Source: Chiloscyllium plagiosum (Eukaryota). Taken from it: a stretch of 64,000 bases of DNA. How positions within the stretch are numbered: the stretch's first letter is position 1; each line of letters opens with the position of its first letter. The notes beneath the pieces are model-generated. The model was not told the origin of the DNA and did no database searches. It saw nothing but the letters and a program-made list of their open reading frames with translations. Positions 38,988-51,286 of this stretch are shown piece by piece. Both the position numbers and the translations under genes were made by a program. Where the stretch lies: positions 9,806,872 through 9,870,871 of the forward strand of contig NC_057718.1 of the NCBI RefSeq assembly GCF_004010195.1, written 5' to 3'.

Positions 38988-39467
38988 CATAGGAAGGATA
39001 TTATTAAATTGGAGAGGGTTCAGAAATTATTTATCAGGAATGGAGGGTTTAAATTGTAAAGATAGGTTGGGATTTTTTTCAACTGAGTCAAGGAGGTTGA
39101 GGGGTCATGTTATTGAGGTTTATAAAATCATGAGGGACATAGATAAGGTGAATAGCAAATATCTTTTTCCTAGGGTGGGCAAGTTCAAATCTAGGCAGAA
39201 TATTTTTAAAGTGAGAGGAGAAAGATTTAAAAAGAAAATGAGGGGCAACTTCTTTACACAGTGGTTTGTGTGTGGAATGAACTGCCAGAGAAAGTGGTAG
39301 ATGTAGGTTCAGTTATAACGTTTAAAAGACACTTGGATTAGTATGTGAATAGGAAGGGTTTGGAGGGATGTCGGCCAAATGCAGGCAACTGGGGCTAGTT
39401 TAGTTTGGGAACACAGACAGCATGGACTAGTTTGACTGAAGGGTCTGTTTCTGTGCTGTAGGACTCT
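38988..39467 (+). mobile_element. CR1 3' fragment
   Basis: RKDIIKLERVQ..RLRGHVIEVYKIM; CR1 3'UTR. Confidence 0.85.
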
Positions 39468-39896
39468 GAGTGCAAGAAGAAAAGCTTCAGCAAAATCTCT
39501 AGGTAATACTTCAGTAAAATGTGTAGTATGGAGTTGTCACTCACAAATATCTGCTAGTTTCATTTCTTTCGGCACAAGTTGTAATTTTGGACCAGACGGT
39601 GTGTGTTGCTATGGCAGCAGCAGGACAGAGAAAGAGAGGGAGTCATAACATTGGAACCCAGTATACTTGGTTGAAAGGTGTTGAGAGCAGAAACAATGGA
39701 TTTATTTTCCATTCTTGTTCCCACTCATTTTGCTCTCATTCTCTTAACTCTATTCCATCCCCACCTTTTAAAAATCCCTGGAGACCTTTGACTCAAAACC
39801 TAAATCATGTGAGAGGCCAAGTGGGTTTGTTATTGATGGCCAGAACCCTGAGCCAATACTGCTATTTGTATAAATGTTAGACTGGTAACTTGCACA

Positions 39897-39980
39897 GGGT
39901 AATTGCCCGAAACGTCGATTTTGCCTGTCCTCGGATGCTGCCTGAATTGCTGTGCTCTTCCAGCACCACTGATCCAGAAT
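39897..39980 (+). mobile_element. 84-bp PLE pseudo-LTR fragment beginning at hammerhead stem II
   Basis: GGGT-AATT-GCCC-GAAA-CG-TC-GATT...; 15-bp TSD ctggtaacttgcaca (39882-39896, 39981-39995). Confidence 0.88.
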
Positions 39981-40689
39981 CTGGTAACTTGCACAAACTA
40001 TCTGTGATTGTACAAATGAAAGGCACCCAGTGGTCCCCACATGTGCCGCTGTCGTTTGTACATGAGCTGTTGTCTCACTGGGGAATGTTGTGCCTGGAAC
40101 AAGGTTTTGCTGGAGTCAGCTTTTCTGTAAACTGCAGATAAAAAAACAGTGAAACACGCACATTCTTTTTTACATTGCAGTCTGTTGAGTCATTCATTCA
40201 ATCTAAACAAAATCGTAAAATGCTGATCAGAGGCCTGTTTTACATTGAAAAAACCCTTTTAATGAAGATGTTATTACTTGTGATCCTGCCACCCTCTTTG
40301 CCTGTGCCATCCATTACTGAAAGTGTGCTATTTCTTGGCGTGTAGAATTCCACAATCTCCAGTTGTTCTGCGGCACCTCATCCAACTGACTATTCACTGT
40401 GCCAGCCACAGCTTCCTGTATAACATTCGCATCTCTGAATTTGTAGGTTCAACTTCCACTTCAGAGACTTGAGCTCTGGATTTAGGCTGACTGCTGACTA
40501 CAAGTATAGTGCTGTACTGAGTGAGTGCTTCACTGTTGCTGTGCTGCTTTCAGATGGATGTAAACAATCTTGTGGCACTATTTCAGAGAACAGCAACAGG
40601 ATTCATCTTGGCTTCTATCTAGCAGCATTCTCCCTGATGTCCTGGGCCTTATTTATCACTCAACTAATCCAGACAATCTGGCCATTACG

Positions 40690-41594
40690 AAGTTAAGTGG
40701 ACAGGCAGGTAGTACTGAGGAGATGGGGAGGCTCAAAGATTTAGACAGTTTAGGAGAGTGGTCCAGGAAATGGCTGATGAAATCCAATGTGAGCAAGCGC
40801 AAGGTCTTGCACTTTGGACAAAAGAATACAGGCATGGACTATTTTTTTAAATGGTGAGAAAATTCATAAAGCCAAAGTACAAAGGGATCTGGGAGTGCGA
40901 GTCCAGGATTCTCTAAAGGTTGATTTGCAGGTTGAGTCTGTGATTAAGAAAGCGAATGTAATGTTGTCGCTCATCTCGAGGTTTGGAATATAAAAGCAGC
41001 GATGTGCTTCTGAGACTTCATAAAGCTGTAGTTTGGCCCCCATTTAGAATACTGTGTCCAATTTTGGGTCCGCACCTCAGGAAGGACATACTGGCACTGG
41101 AGCGTGTACAGCGGAGATTCACACGGATGATCCCTGGAATGGTAGGCCTAACATATAATGATTGGCTCAGGATCCTGGGATTGTATTCATTAGAGTTTAG
41201 AAGGTTGAGGGGAGATCTAATAGAAACTTACAAGATAATGAGTGGTGTAGAAAGGGTGGATGCGGGAAAGTTGTTTCCATTAGGCGGGGAGACTAGGACC
41301 TGTGGGCATAGCCTTAAAATTAGAGGGGGTCAATTTAGAACGGAAGTGAGGAGACATTTTTTCAGCCAGGGAGTGGTGGGCCTGTTGAATTCATTGCCGT
41401 GGAGTGCAGTGGAGGCTGGGTTGTTAAATATCTTCAAGGCCGAGATTGATAAATTATTGATCTTGCAAGGAATTAAGGGCTATAGGGAGAGTGTGGGTAA
41501 GTGGAATTGAAACACCACTTCAACCATGATTAAATGGCGGAGTGGACTCGATGGGCCAAATAGCCTTGCTTCAGTTCCAATGTCTTATGGTCTT
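40690..41594 (+). mobile_element. CR1 3' fragment
   Basis: ORF 40983-41510 [29 protein letters not shown]; tail tcttatggtcttat. Confidence 0.92.
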
Positions 41595-42504
41595 ATTATT
41601 TCGTTGCTGTCTGTGAGCTCTTGCTGTACAGATTGACACGTAGGTTTCCAACATTGCAAAGGTGGCTACATATATGTACCTTCAGGATTAGCTTGGCTAA
41701 TAAGCGCTCTCTCATTTTAAAACATCTATCACTGTACATTACAGTGTGGTTTGGTTGTATTGGACAAATTGCCTCTAAGGTTTTGACGTGTAACAATTCA
41801 GTCAGCACCACACAGACTATCACACTTAAAGTAATGTCACTATGCTCTGATGTATACTTCCTTTTGTGGGTGAAGTCTCTTGAGATTTGCTGTATTCAGT
41901 GAGGTGGGGTTAGAGCTTACTGCCAATGTTTGTGGTTGAATAGTTTGCCTGAAGTTGCTGTCTAGGCCTCTGAGGAAGCGGGCAGTTTGAGAGAATGTTT
42001 AAACAAAGAGCTGATGAATTCAGGATGTTTCATGTATGTATCTCTAATGGATAGGAGATCTGTCCATCTGATAATATTGGAAAGAAGTGGCCCCTCAAGA
42101 TTGCTTCATTTTTCAATTTGTTTAATCTCAACATCATCTCCTCCCCTCCTCCCTTTCCCATTCTCCATCTCCCTTTTAAAAACTTGAACTGATTACATCC
42201 ATGGCCCTCTGAGCATTAGCAATGTACTCATTGTGTAAAGTTTTGTGTCAGTAATTGCTATAAAATAGCACTTAAACAGATTACTGCCCATTATCATGTA
42301 GCTGTTTGTGGGATTCCTCAGAGTAGGCTGCCATGTTCCCTGAATTACAATGGTGACTGCTCTTCAGAAGTAGTTGGTTGTAAAGCATTTAAGACCTACT
42401 GTGGCCATCAAAGCTGCAGCCTAATGGATTTGATTCAAAATCTAAGCTTGTCTATTGTTTTTTTTAGCGTCAGTAGTTGCTGGTGTTGGGTATTCTGTGC
42501 AAAC

Positions 42505-43050
42505 ATATGAATGTGGAAATTAGGACCAGAGGTAAACTGCTTGCTCCAGCATTCAATGGGATCACGGCTGATCTGATTATAACCTCACTCCGCATTGCTG
42601 CTGACCCCTAATAACTTTTCACCCTTTTGCTGACCAAGAATCTATCTACTTCATCCTTTAAAATTATTCAAAGCCTCTGTTTCCACTGCTTCTTGAGGAA
42701 GTGAGTTCCAAAGATATGCGGTTCTGAGAAAATTTTGCATCACCTCTGTTTTAAACGGTAACCCCTGATTCTTTTTTTAAACAGAGACCCTCTAGTTCTA
42801 GATTCTTCTTTACGAGGAATCACCTTTTCCACGTACACACTGTCAAACCCTAGGAGGAACTTATGTTTCAATCGTGTCACCTTTTTCCGATCTAACCTCC
42901 AACCTTTCCTCATCAGATGCTCTAGGTATTAGGCAAGTAAACCTTCTCTGAATTGCTTCCAGTGCAGTTACATCTTTCTCTAAATAAACACTGTACACTG
43001 GACTCCAGATGTGGCCATGCCAGTGCCCTGTACAAATGAAGCGTACCTTT
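42505..43050 (-). mobile_element. Old CR1 3' fragment
   Basis: KDVTALEAIQRRFTCLIP on the minus strand. Confidence 0.75.
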
Positions 43051-43109
43051 AGTCTTCGGCAATTTAGCATCTTTAGTAGAAAAACACCCTCAGGCACTTT
43101 GAGGCATGA

Positions 43110-43675
43110 GTTATCCAAGGCCCTAAAGGAGCCTTCCACATCCATCAAAGTTTTACTTGCACATCCACTAATATCATTTATTGTATCCGTTGCTCCCGAT
43201 GCGGTCTCCTCTACATCAGGGAGATTGGGCGCCTCCAAAAGCAGAGTGCTTTAGGGAACATCTCCAGAACACCTGCACCAATCAACCACACCGCCCCGTG
43301 GCCCAACATTTCAACTCCCCCTCCCACTCTGCCGAGGACATGGAGGTCCTGGGCCTCTTTCACCGCTGCTCCCTCACCACCAGACGCCTGGAGGAAGAAT
43401 GCCTCATCTTCCACCTCGGAACACTTCAACCCCAGGGCATCAATGTGGACTTCAACAGCTCCCTCATTTCCCCTTCCCCCACCTCACCCCAGTTCCAAAC
43501 TTCCAGCTCAGCACTGTCCCCATGACTTGTCAGGAGTTGTCCTACCTGCCTATCTCCTTTTCCACCTATCCACTATTTCGAAGCTCTTTGGATGCTGCCT
43601 GAACTGCTGTGCTCTTCCAGCGCCACTAATCCAGAATCTGGTTTCCAGCATCTGCAGTCATTGTTTTTTACCTTG
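43110..43675 (+). mobile_element. PLE (family A', Neptune-like) GIY-YIG endonuclease and 3' end; hammerhead segment deleted
   Basis: Reads IQGPKGAFHIHQSFTCTSTNIIYCIRCSRCGLLYIRE, then after a frameshift FREHL..PVAQHFNSPSHS..LEEECLIFHLGTLQPQGINVDF. This is a GIY-YIG domain with CxxC/H ligands, followed by the family A' pseudo-LTR and tail. Confidence 0.88.
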
Positions 43676-43880
43676 TTTTAAAAAGAAGGTCTGCTTCAGG
43701 AAAGTGAAAATAATTAAGGATACCAACTTGAAGCATTAACCAACTCTGAGCTCTCTTCACAGATGCTGGCAGACCTGCTGAGTATTTTCCAGTATTTTGT
43801 GTTTTTCAAAGTTTGTGAAAAGATTTATAGCTCGGGTGCTCATTGTCGTGGTTCTATTCGCCGAGCTGGGAATTTGTGTT

Positions 43881-43920
43881 ACAGATGTTTCGTCCCCTGA
43901 CTAAGTGACATCCTCAGTGC
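43881..43920 (-). ncRNA. Minimal hammerhead motif (family C)
   Basis: Reverse complement GCA-CTGAGGA-T-GTC..GAC-GAAA-CA-TC-TGT. Confidence 0.7.
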
Positions 43921-44428
43921 TTAGGAGCCTACTGTGAAGCGCTTCTATGATCTTTCCTCCGGCATTTGTAGTGGTTTGAATCTGACGTTTCCAGTTGTCA
44001 GTTCCAGCTGTCTGTTGCAGTGGCCGGTATATTGGGTCCAGGTTGATGTGCTTATTGATTGAATCTATGGATGAGTGCCATGCCTCCAGGAATTCCCTGG
44101 CTGTTCTCTGTTTGGCTTGTCCTATGATAGTAGTGTTGTCCCAGTCAAATTCATGTTGCTTGTCATCTGCGTGTGTGGCTACTAAGGATAGCTGGTTGTG
44201 TCGTTTTGTGGCTAGTTGACTACACCAACGACAAGCCAAACAGAGGACAGCCAGGGAATTCCTAGAGGCATGGCACTCATCCACAGATTCAATCAATAAG
44301 CAGATCGACCTGGACCCAATATACTGGCCACTGCAACGGACAGCTGGATCTGACAACCGGAAGCGGCAGATTCAAACCACTACAAATGCCGGAGGAAAGA
44401 TCATAAGCGCTTCACAGGAGGCTCCCAA

Positions 44429-44468
44429 GCACTGAGGATGTCACCTAGACAGGGGACGAAACATCTGT
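44429..44468 (+). ncRNA. Minimal hammerhead motif (family C)
   Basis: GCA-CTGAGGA-T-GTC-A-CCT-AGAC-AGG-G-GAC-GAAA-CA-TC-TGT, with an extended stem II. Confidence 0.75.
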
Positions 44469-44524
44469 AACACAAATTCCCAGCTCGGCGAACAGAGCCA
44501 CAACATTTTGTGTTTTTGTTTCAA

Positions 44525-45250
44525 AGAACAGCACAGTGCAGGAACAGGCCTTGGGCCTACCAAGCCTATGCTGACACATAACACCTTCCGAAACTAAAAA
44601 CTCCTTGCGTCCATGCAATCCATAATCCCTCTATTCCCTGCCTATTCATGTATCTGTCAAGGTGTCTCTTAAGCATTGCTATTGTATATGTTTCTCCACA
44701 GCCCTGAAGAAGGGATACACCTGAAACGTCGACTTCTCCACCTCCTGATGCTGCCTGGCTTGCTGTGTCCTTCCAGCCTCTCGCCTCTCTATTTTGGATT
44801 CCAGCATCTGCAGTTTTTTTTTTTGTGTCTCTCTCACTTCCTCTGGCAGCGCATTCTAGGCACATACCACTCCCTGTGCTTCCAAATAAACCTGTTGGAC
44901 TATAACCTGGCACTGTGTGATTTTTAATTTAGTTTAAAAAAAGATTTGCCTCTCAAGTCTCCTTTAAACTTTCCCTTGTTTACCATAAACCGATGTCCCC
45001 TAGTGACTGAGATTTCTGCCCTGAGAAAAAGACTCCAACTCTCCGTTCTATCTATGCCACTCATAATTCTGTAAATTTCTATCAGGTCGCCCCTCAGCCT
45101 TTGATGTTCAAGTGAAGGCAAAACCGCATTTGTCCAATCTCTCCTTGTAGCCAATGCCCTCCAAACCAGGCAACCGCCTGGCAAACCTATTCTGTACCCT
45201 CTCCAAAGCATTTATATTGTTTTGGTAGTGTGGTGACTAGAACTATATTG
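44525..45250 (-). mobile_element. CR1 3' fragment with nested family-A-related (44701-44825) and family B (44875-44930) pieces
   Basis: QRLRGDLIEIYRIMSG..TRGHRF on the minus strand; the nested pieces match other copies in the window. Confidence 0.8.
44703..44733 (+). ncRNA. Minimal hammerhead motif (family A variant)
   Basis: C-CTGAAGA-A-GGG-ATACA-CCT-GAAA-CG-TC-GAC; the insert begins at the core. Confidence 0.65.
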
Positions 45251-45914
45251 ATTTCAAGGTTCCAAAATAATTTGCTTTTGTAGGGGCTTTTGTAATTTGC
45301 ATTGCTTAGTTATTAGCATGAAGGCACAAATGAATTAAAATCCAACTGTTTACATGTTATCTCTTTTAGTATCATTTATTTTTGAAATCTGACATTCCTC
45401 ATGAGAGATAATTATCAATGCCTGTCACACTCAATGACTCAAATGTGGCTCAGTGGCTCGTCAGTCCATTGCTGAGTCCAAGTAGATTTGTAAAGTTTTG
45501 AAATTATGATGAATTTAGCACCACATTTGTTCTCCTTGATTAGGGAAAATGGGTCAATGTGTGTCTGTTGGTTGAAAATTGTTTGAAGGCTACACAGTTA
45601 GGGTTATATAGTTGCCAATATTCATTGTTCAGCATCAAACATGGATTTATTAGGTATTGACAGTGGGTGATGAGCGCATTTGAGACGAGGTATCAGTGCA
45701 CTTGAGATCATGTATCAGCACTATTGAGACTAGGTATCTTAATGAGAATTGGGAATAATAAAACATGAAGTGAAATACGAATTGTAACAAATTACAGAGC
45801 AAAAGAAAAATGTTAATACATCAGTGAAAACCTTGTTGAATTTACTATGTTTGAGGATTTTTTTTTTGAGACTTTGCCCCAAAGTCTCATGCTGAATCTA
45901 TGATTACTACTGAG

Positions 45915-46160
45915 ACATAAAGTTAAAAATCACACAACACCAGGTTATAGTCCAACAGGTTTAATCCGAAGCACTAGCTTTTGGAGCGCCACTCCTTCAT
46001 CATCACAATCACCTGATGAAGGAGTGGCGCTCCGAAAGCTAGTGTGCTTCCAATTAAACTGTTGGACTATAACCTGGTGTTGTTGTTGGACTATAACCTG
46101 GTGTTGTGTGATTCTTAACTTTGTACACCCCAGTCCAACACTGGCATGTCCAAATCATGT
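45915..46160 (+). mobile_element. Fold-back mini-element, family B
   Basis: Inverted arms meet at about 46003-46012; 3' tail; internal ~24-bp duplication; TSD ctactgag (45907-45914, 46161-46168). Confidence 0.88.
46010..46044 (+). ncRNA. Minimal hammerhead motif (family B), all core bases intact
   Basis: CAC-CTGATGA-A-GGAG-TGGCG-CTCC-GAAA-GC-TA-GTG; stem I CAC/GTG, palindromic AGCT, predicted cleavage after 46041. Confidence 0.82.
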
Positions 46161-48749
46161 CTACTGAGGTACAGTGTGATAGTCCTGTTGAAGAGTCTGT
46201 GTTGGATGCTAATTCAGCCATAACCTAATAATTTTGTGCTTTCAAAGGAGCAATGACAAAACTTCCAATATTAGGAATCCCGGAGAAGTGAGAAGGCCCT
46301 TAATGCATCCAGTGATGATAATAACATTCTTGAAGTTTCTGTGCTATCTCACTGCACTGCTTCCTTTGGATGAGTGTGTTGAACAATGAGGAGAGGTTTT
46401 TATTCACTGATGCGATGTGGGTGTCTCTGGCTAGGCCAGCATTCATTGCCCAAGCCTATTTGCTCAGAACGCTGTCAAGAGTCAGCTATATTGCTGTGCA
46501 TCTGGAGTCACATGCAGCCACACCAGCTAAGATTGGCAGATTTGGTGGATAGTCTGAGGCCTTTTCCCAGGGTGGAAAAGTCAACTATGTGATGGCACAG
46601 GTTTGCAGTGAGTGGGGAAAAGTTTAGGTGAGATGTGCAGGGAAAATTTTCCTCACATTGAGTGGTGGGTGTCTGGAATGCACTGCCAGTGGGGATGGTG
46701 GAAGCAGGTATGTTCGCAATATTTAAGGCGTAGCTTGATCGGCAAATGGAAGGAGTCTAACTAAGGACGTGGAATCAGCGCAGGCGTGGTGGGCCAAAGG
46801 AGCTGTTCCTGTGCTGTTTTGTATTTCCCTTCCCAAAGGACTTGAGTGAGGTCTGTTTCTTTACAGCAATTGACACTGGTTACGTGGTTGCCAATAGGCT
46901 AGCTTTTAGTACAAACTTTTAAATTGATTTCAAATGTCACTATCTGTTATAGTGGGGATTAGAAACCACATCCCCCTAGGGTCCTGAATTACTAGCCCAG
47001 TGACATTTCCGCAATGCCACAATTTTCCCTCAGATTAAATACAATGGACCATTATCTTCAGGATTTTAAAAGAATGAGCAATGGTGTGATTGGAATGATA
47101 AAGTCTTTGAGGGTTTGGCAAGATATATGCTGAGAAGCTGTTGCTCCTCGTTTGAGAGCCTAGAGATAGGGATCGCAGCTTCAGAATATACTGTATAGGT
47201 GGCCGTTTAGGACTAAGATGAAAAAATGTCTCTTTTCTCAGATGTTTGTAAATCTTTGAAATCCTCAACCCAGAATGCTGTGGATGCCTAGGCATTGTGT
47301 GTATTCAAGGCTGAAATGGGAATAAATTTCAGGCACTCAAGGGTTTGAGAGAAAGGGATGAGGCAGAAGTGGAATTGAAGTGACCTTACTGAATGGCTGA
47401 GTGGATGTGAGGAGCCATGTGGCTCACATTCTTGGGTACTGTAAGCTACATGGAGTGTTTCACCAGAAGATTAGTCCCTCTAGTGCCAAAACAATCATCC
47501 ACTATCAATCGTACGCTTGCATGTTTTCCAACAATTTACAACGTGGTGACTTTAGAAAATCCAATCACTTTATGTTTACTTTGGGGGGTCTTTGAAGGGG
47601 TGTTAATTTCTGCTCAACATTAAGATTTAAATTTAAATTAAGAAGCGAAGATGCACGACCAGTGTTGTAGCACGGGTTACCGCCTGATATGAATAGGAGA
47701 AGATGAGACAAATGAGTCAGCATTGAAATTACCTCAAATTCTGAAAGCTCACGTATGGTGGAAACGGAAGGTTTAAGGCTGAGAAAAATCCATGCTTTGG
47801 ACAAACTTTTGATTCCGCTGATCAAGGGTTAGGGAAGGGTTAGGGATTGAATGTCATGTAGCATGTCAAATCAGAAGGAACTGCAGGATACAGGCTGTCC
47901 ACGTTGACTGACCATGTTAATATTGAAACAATAGAGAGAGGTTGGCTCTAATGATGATATTGTTTCTCATTGAATTACATCCAATGAATTTAGGAAGTGA
48001 GTTGTAAAGCCTTTAGTTTTAAAAGCTGTGCAAACATGAATTCTTGGCTGGAGCTTGTCCTCCTGGCAACCGAGCCTAGACAGACAGAGTCAGCCTTTGG
48101 GACAGGTCCAGTTGTTGCCTTGGACTTCATTCACTTACAGTTGATTTCAAAATCAAATGGCTGAAGCACAAAGTTTATTTTTCTTTCCCCCTTGCCTGAG
48201 CTTGTCTTGGAGCCAATTGGATGGTGAACCTAGATTCTAATCTCTGTCAGTGCTGCTGTAAGCTTGCTCTGAGCTTTCATGAGAATAGTCACACTCCTCT
48301 TTACTACTTGACTCTTTACATTAGTAGCTAAGCAATCATCTCAATTTTTGTTTTCTAGTGATATAAAATAGAGTCACCAGAGAGGCCATTGTAAAGTGAA
48401 TAGAAATGTGTGTCTTATGCAAATATATGAAGAATTTTCATTTCTACAGTCTTTTTTATTAACCACCTGATGTTGCAAGTGTTTCACAGTCAATGAATGG
48501 CTTCTGAAGTGCGGTCAGTAGTAACTTAAGGAGCCTCTGCTGTCAATTACATACAGTAAACACCCACAAACCAGCTGTGAAATAGGCGAGTTGATAATCT
48601 GATCTAGATTTTGGCTGAGGTATGATCTTGATCAAGATATTGGAAGAACTCTGCTGCTACTCTGTAATAGTGTAACAGGAGCTTTTATGTTCATCTGAGG
48701 AGGTAGTCAGGATTTCACTTTAATATCTCAAATGAAAGATAGCAACTCT

Positions 48750-49119
48750 AGAATCCATAGAATCCCTACAGTGTGAAAACGGGCCAGTTGGCCCAACAAG
48801 TCCACATCAACTCTTTGAAGAGCTTCACACCCAGACTCATTACCCCACCCACCCAATCGCTGTAATTCTGTACCCCACCCCAATGGCCAATCCAGCCACC
48901 CTACACATCCCTGGTCACTGTGGGCAATTAGCATGGCTATTTCATGTAACCTGCACATCTTTGGACAGTGGGACAAAACCAGAGCACCCAGAGGAAATGT
49001 ATGCAGACACTGGGAGAATGGGCAACTGTCTGTGTGGTATTTGCACCACGCAGGAATTGAACTCAGCTTCCTGATACTGTAAGGCAGCAGTGTTAACTAC
49101 TGAGCCACTGTGCTGCCCC
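48750..49119 (-). mobile_element. HE1-like V-SINE
   Basis: Reverse complement gggcagcacagtggctcagtagttaac head; tail aatccatagaatccctacag. Confidence 0.85.
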
Positions 49120-50449
49120 ATAAACTGCCCCATTCCTTCAGTCCTGGATAGAACTGTCAGCATAAATTGTGTGCTCAAGTCTGCAGAGTGGGATTTAAGT
49201 CCACACCCAATATCGCAATGAGCCTGTCTATACCTTCTGTACTCATTGCACACAGATCCTTTGACATCAGCTGAAAAAAGCAGGCCTTGTATTTCATGAT
49301 CTGAACCCCCGAGTTAATACCTGCTTTACAGTAGCTAATTAGCCTGGTTTACATTGAAAATTTTTAACTCTTGACCTGCCTCAGATCATTTTTGCGTTCA
49401 TTAGTTGACAGCTGAAAGTGCAAATCCTTGTTCTTGGTTGTAACAAGGCAAGAGAACTAATATTGAATTATTGTAAAAGTGCATTTGAGCAAGGTGCTCA
49501 GAATAATGAAAGAAACAGATCAGATAAAAGTAGATTACTTACACTAGAAGGTAAATTGGCAACAAGGAGTCATGATCACAAGATAAACTGAATACACAAA
49601 GGAGGAGATAAAGTAAAACTTTCTCTTTGTAAAATGTTATCATAATTCAGAAGGCTCCACTGCAAGTTATTAATGTTAAGTTGGCCATGACTTTCAAAAG
49701 GTGCTACTACTTAAAAAGAAAATGTGGGAAGCAGTCAGAGAAAGCAGGAAATGACTATTAAGATCAGCCCAAGCATAGAACTTAACTTCAAAGTAAGTAT
49801 TTTAGTTTTGGGATATGGCACAGAACCAAACTTTTTGGGTACATCCTCTTCACAACTTGTCTGGGTCTTCTGCACATTAAATGGGTAAAAATTGGCAGCA
49901 CCTCAGGTTTTGCGTTAGCCTGAAAGGTGTTCTAGCTGACTCGACGCAAAAAGTAAAATGATTGATGTCAGGCACCTGGACACAACTGCACACAACCTTG
50001 AGCTATGTATTTGCAAACTGGTGTAGTGTTAGCTCACGGCACACATGTGCAGACATAGAGTCATGGAAGTCTATAGCATGAAAACAGGTCCTTCAACCCA
50101 ACTTGCCCATGCTGCTGAGTTTTCACAATTTAAACTATTCCCATTTGGTCCATATTCCTCCATACCTATTCCATCCATTTACCTGTCTAAATGTCTCTTA
50201 AAAGACACAATTGTACTATCTTCCACCATTACCTCTGGTAGCCTATTCCAGACACTCACCACCCTCTGTGATTATGCTGAACTGGTGATCACCATATGCA
50301 GCAGGCCAGTGAGAGAGAGAGAGAGACATCTAGGATTGCCAGTACTCTATTCTTTTTATTCATGATGGGATGTGGGTGTCGCTGGCTGGGTCAGCATTTA
50401 CTCCCATCCCTAGTTACCCTTGAAAAGGTGATGATGAGCTGTCTTGAAT

Positions 50450-50967
50450 CACGATATGGAGGAACCGGTGTTGGACTGGGATGGACAAAGTTTAAAAATC
50501 ACACAACATCAGGTTGAAGTCCAACAGGTTTATTTGGAAGCACAAGCTTTTGGAGCACCGCCCCTTCAGGTAGCTGTGGGTCAGGACCATAAGACACAGA
50601 ATTTTTATAGCAAAAGATTACAGTGTCATGCAACTGAAATGATATTTTGAACAAACCTAGATTGCTGTTAAGTCTTTCATCTTTTAGAATAGGTTGTAGG
50701 TTTTGCTTCATTAATATGTAAATCCCAGAACAATTATTAAGTCACATTCTATTTTACTGAAAAAGTAAACAACCCTGCAGGCAGTCAATTCATGTAATAT
50801 TTTAATAAATTCCTCTTTGGAAGTAGAACTAGTCTGACTCAAAATTTGAATACAGGCACACTCTAACCTCACACCTTTGATGCTTTGTCTGAGTTGAGAT
50901 GTCTCCTTTTTAAATAAAACCTTAAGTTATCTCGTGAATCTGATTTAAAAGAAGTTCTGGGATTTAC
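50450..50967 (-). mobile_element. Longer family B element 3' region with decayed hammerhead (about 50540-50572)
   Basis: Shares tail and pseudo-LTR with 45915-46160, then extends ~400 bp of AT-rich sequence. Confidence 0.75.
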
Positions 50968-51286
50968 AGTAGCAATAAAAATGTTGGGTGTGGGTGAGAC
51001 AAGACTGACGGTCAAGAATGATTCAATTGGGTCATGAAGCTTATGTTCAGAGAATATGATAGGTGTGGAAGGGCAGAGGATCTTGAAATTAGCATGTTGG
51101 GTAACCAATGGTTTTTTGAGTAAGTAAGAGATCATGTGATGAAATCTCCAGAAACATCCAACTACAGTTCACAATCTGAGACATTATTGATCCCAATCAA
51201 GTGGGATCACTCCATCTTTAGTTGAGTGGAGTTTGAGTTTTTCTGTGCTTTAAGCTGCACGATGCTTAACTGCACTTAATAAGGTA

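Larger units (their letters stand above)
43807..44504 (-). mobile_element. PLE family C (Penelope/Poseidon-like), truncated with a ~275-bp inverted repeat
   Basis: Minus strand encodes QLATKRHNQLSLVATHADDKQHEFDWDNTTII..AREFLEAWHS..SINKH (GIY-YIG C-terminus). Arms at about 43845-44121 and 44230-44504. 13-bp TSD attttgtgttttt (43794-43806, 44505-44517). Confidence 0.92.

Noticed and set aside
45680..45740. Three degenerate ~22-bp units (ttgaga..gtatc)
   Set aside because: Short decayed minisatellite with no further structure.
47825..47844. gggttagggaagggttaggg telomere-like sequence
   Set aside because: Only two TTAGGG units; too short to call an interstitial telomere.
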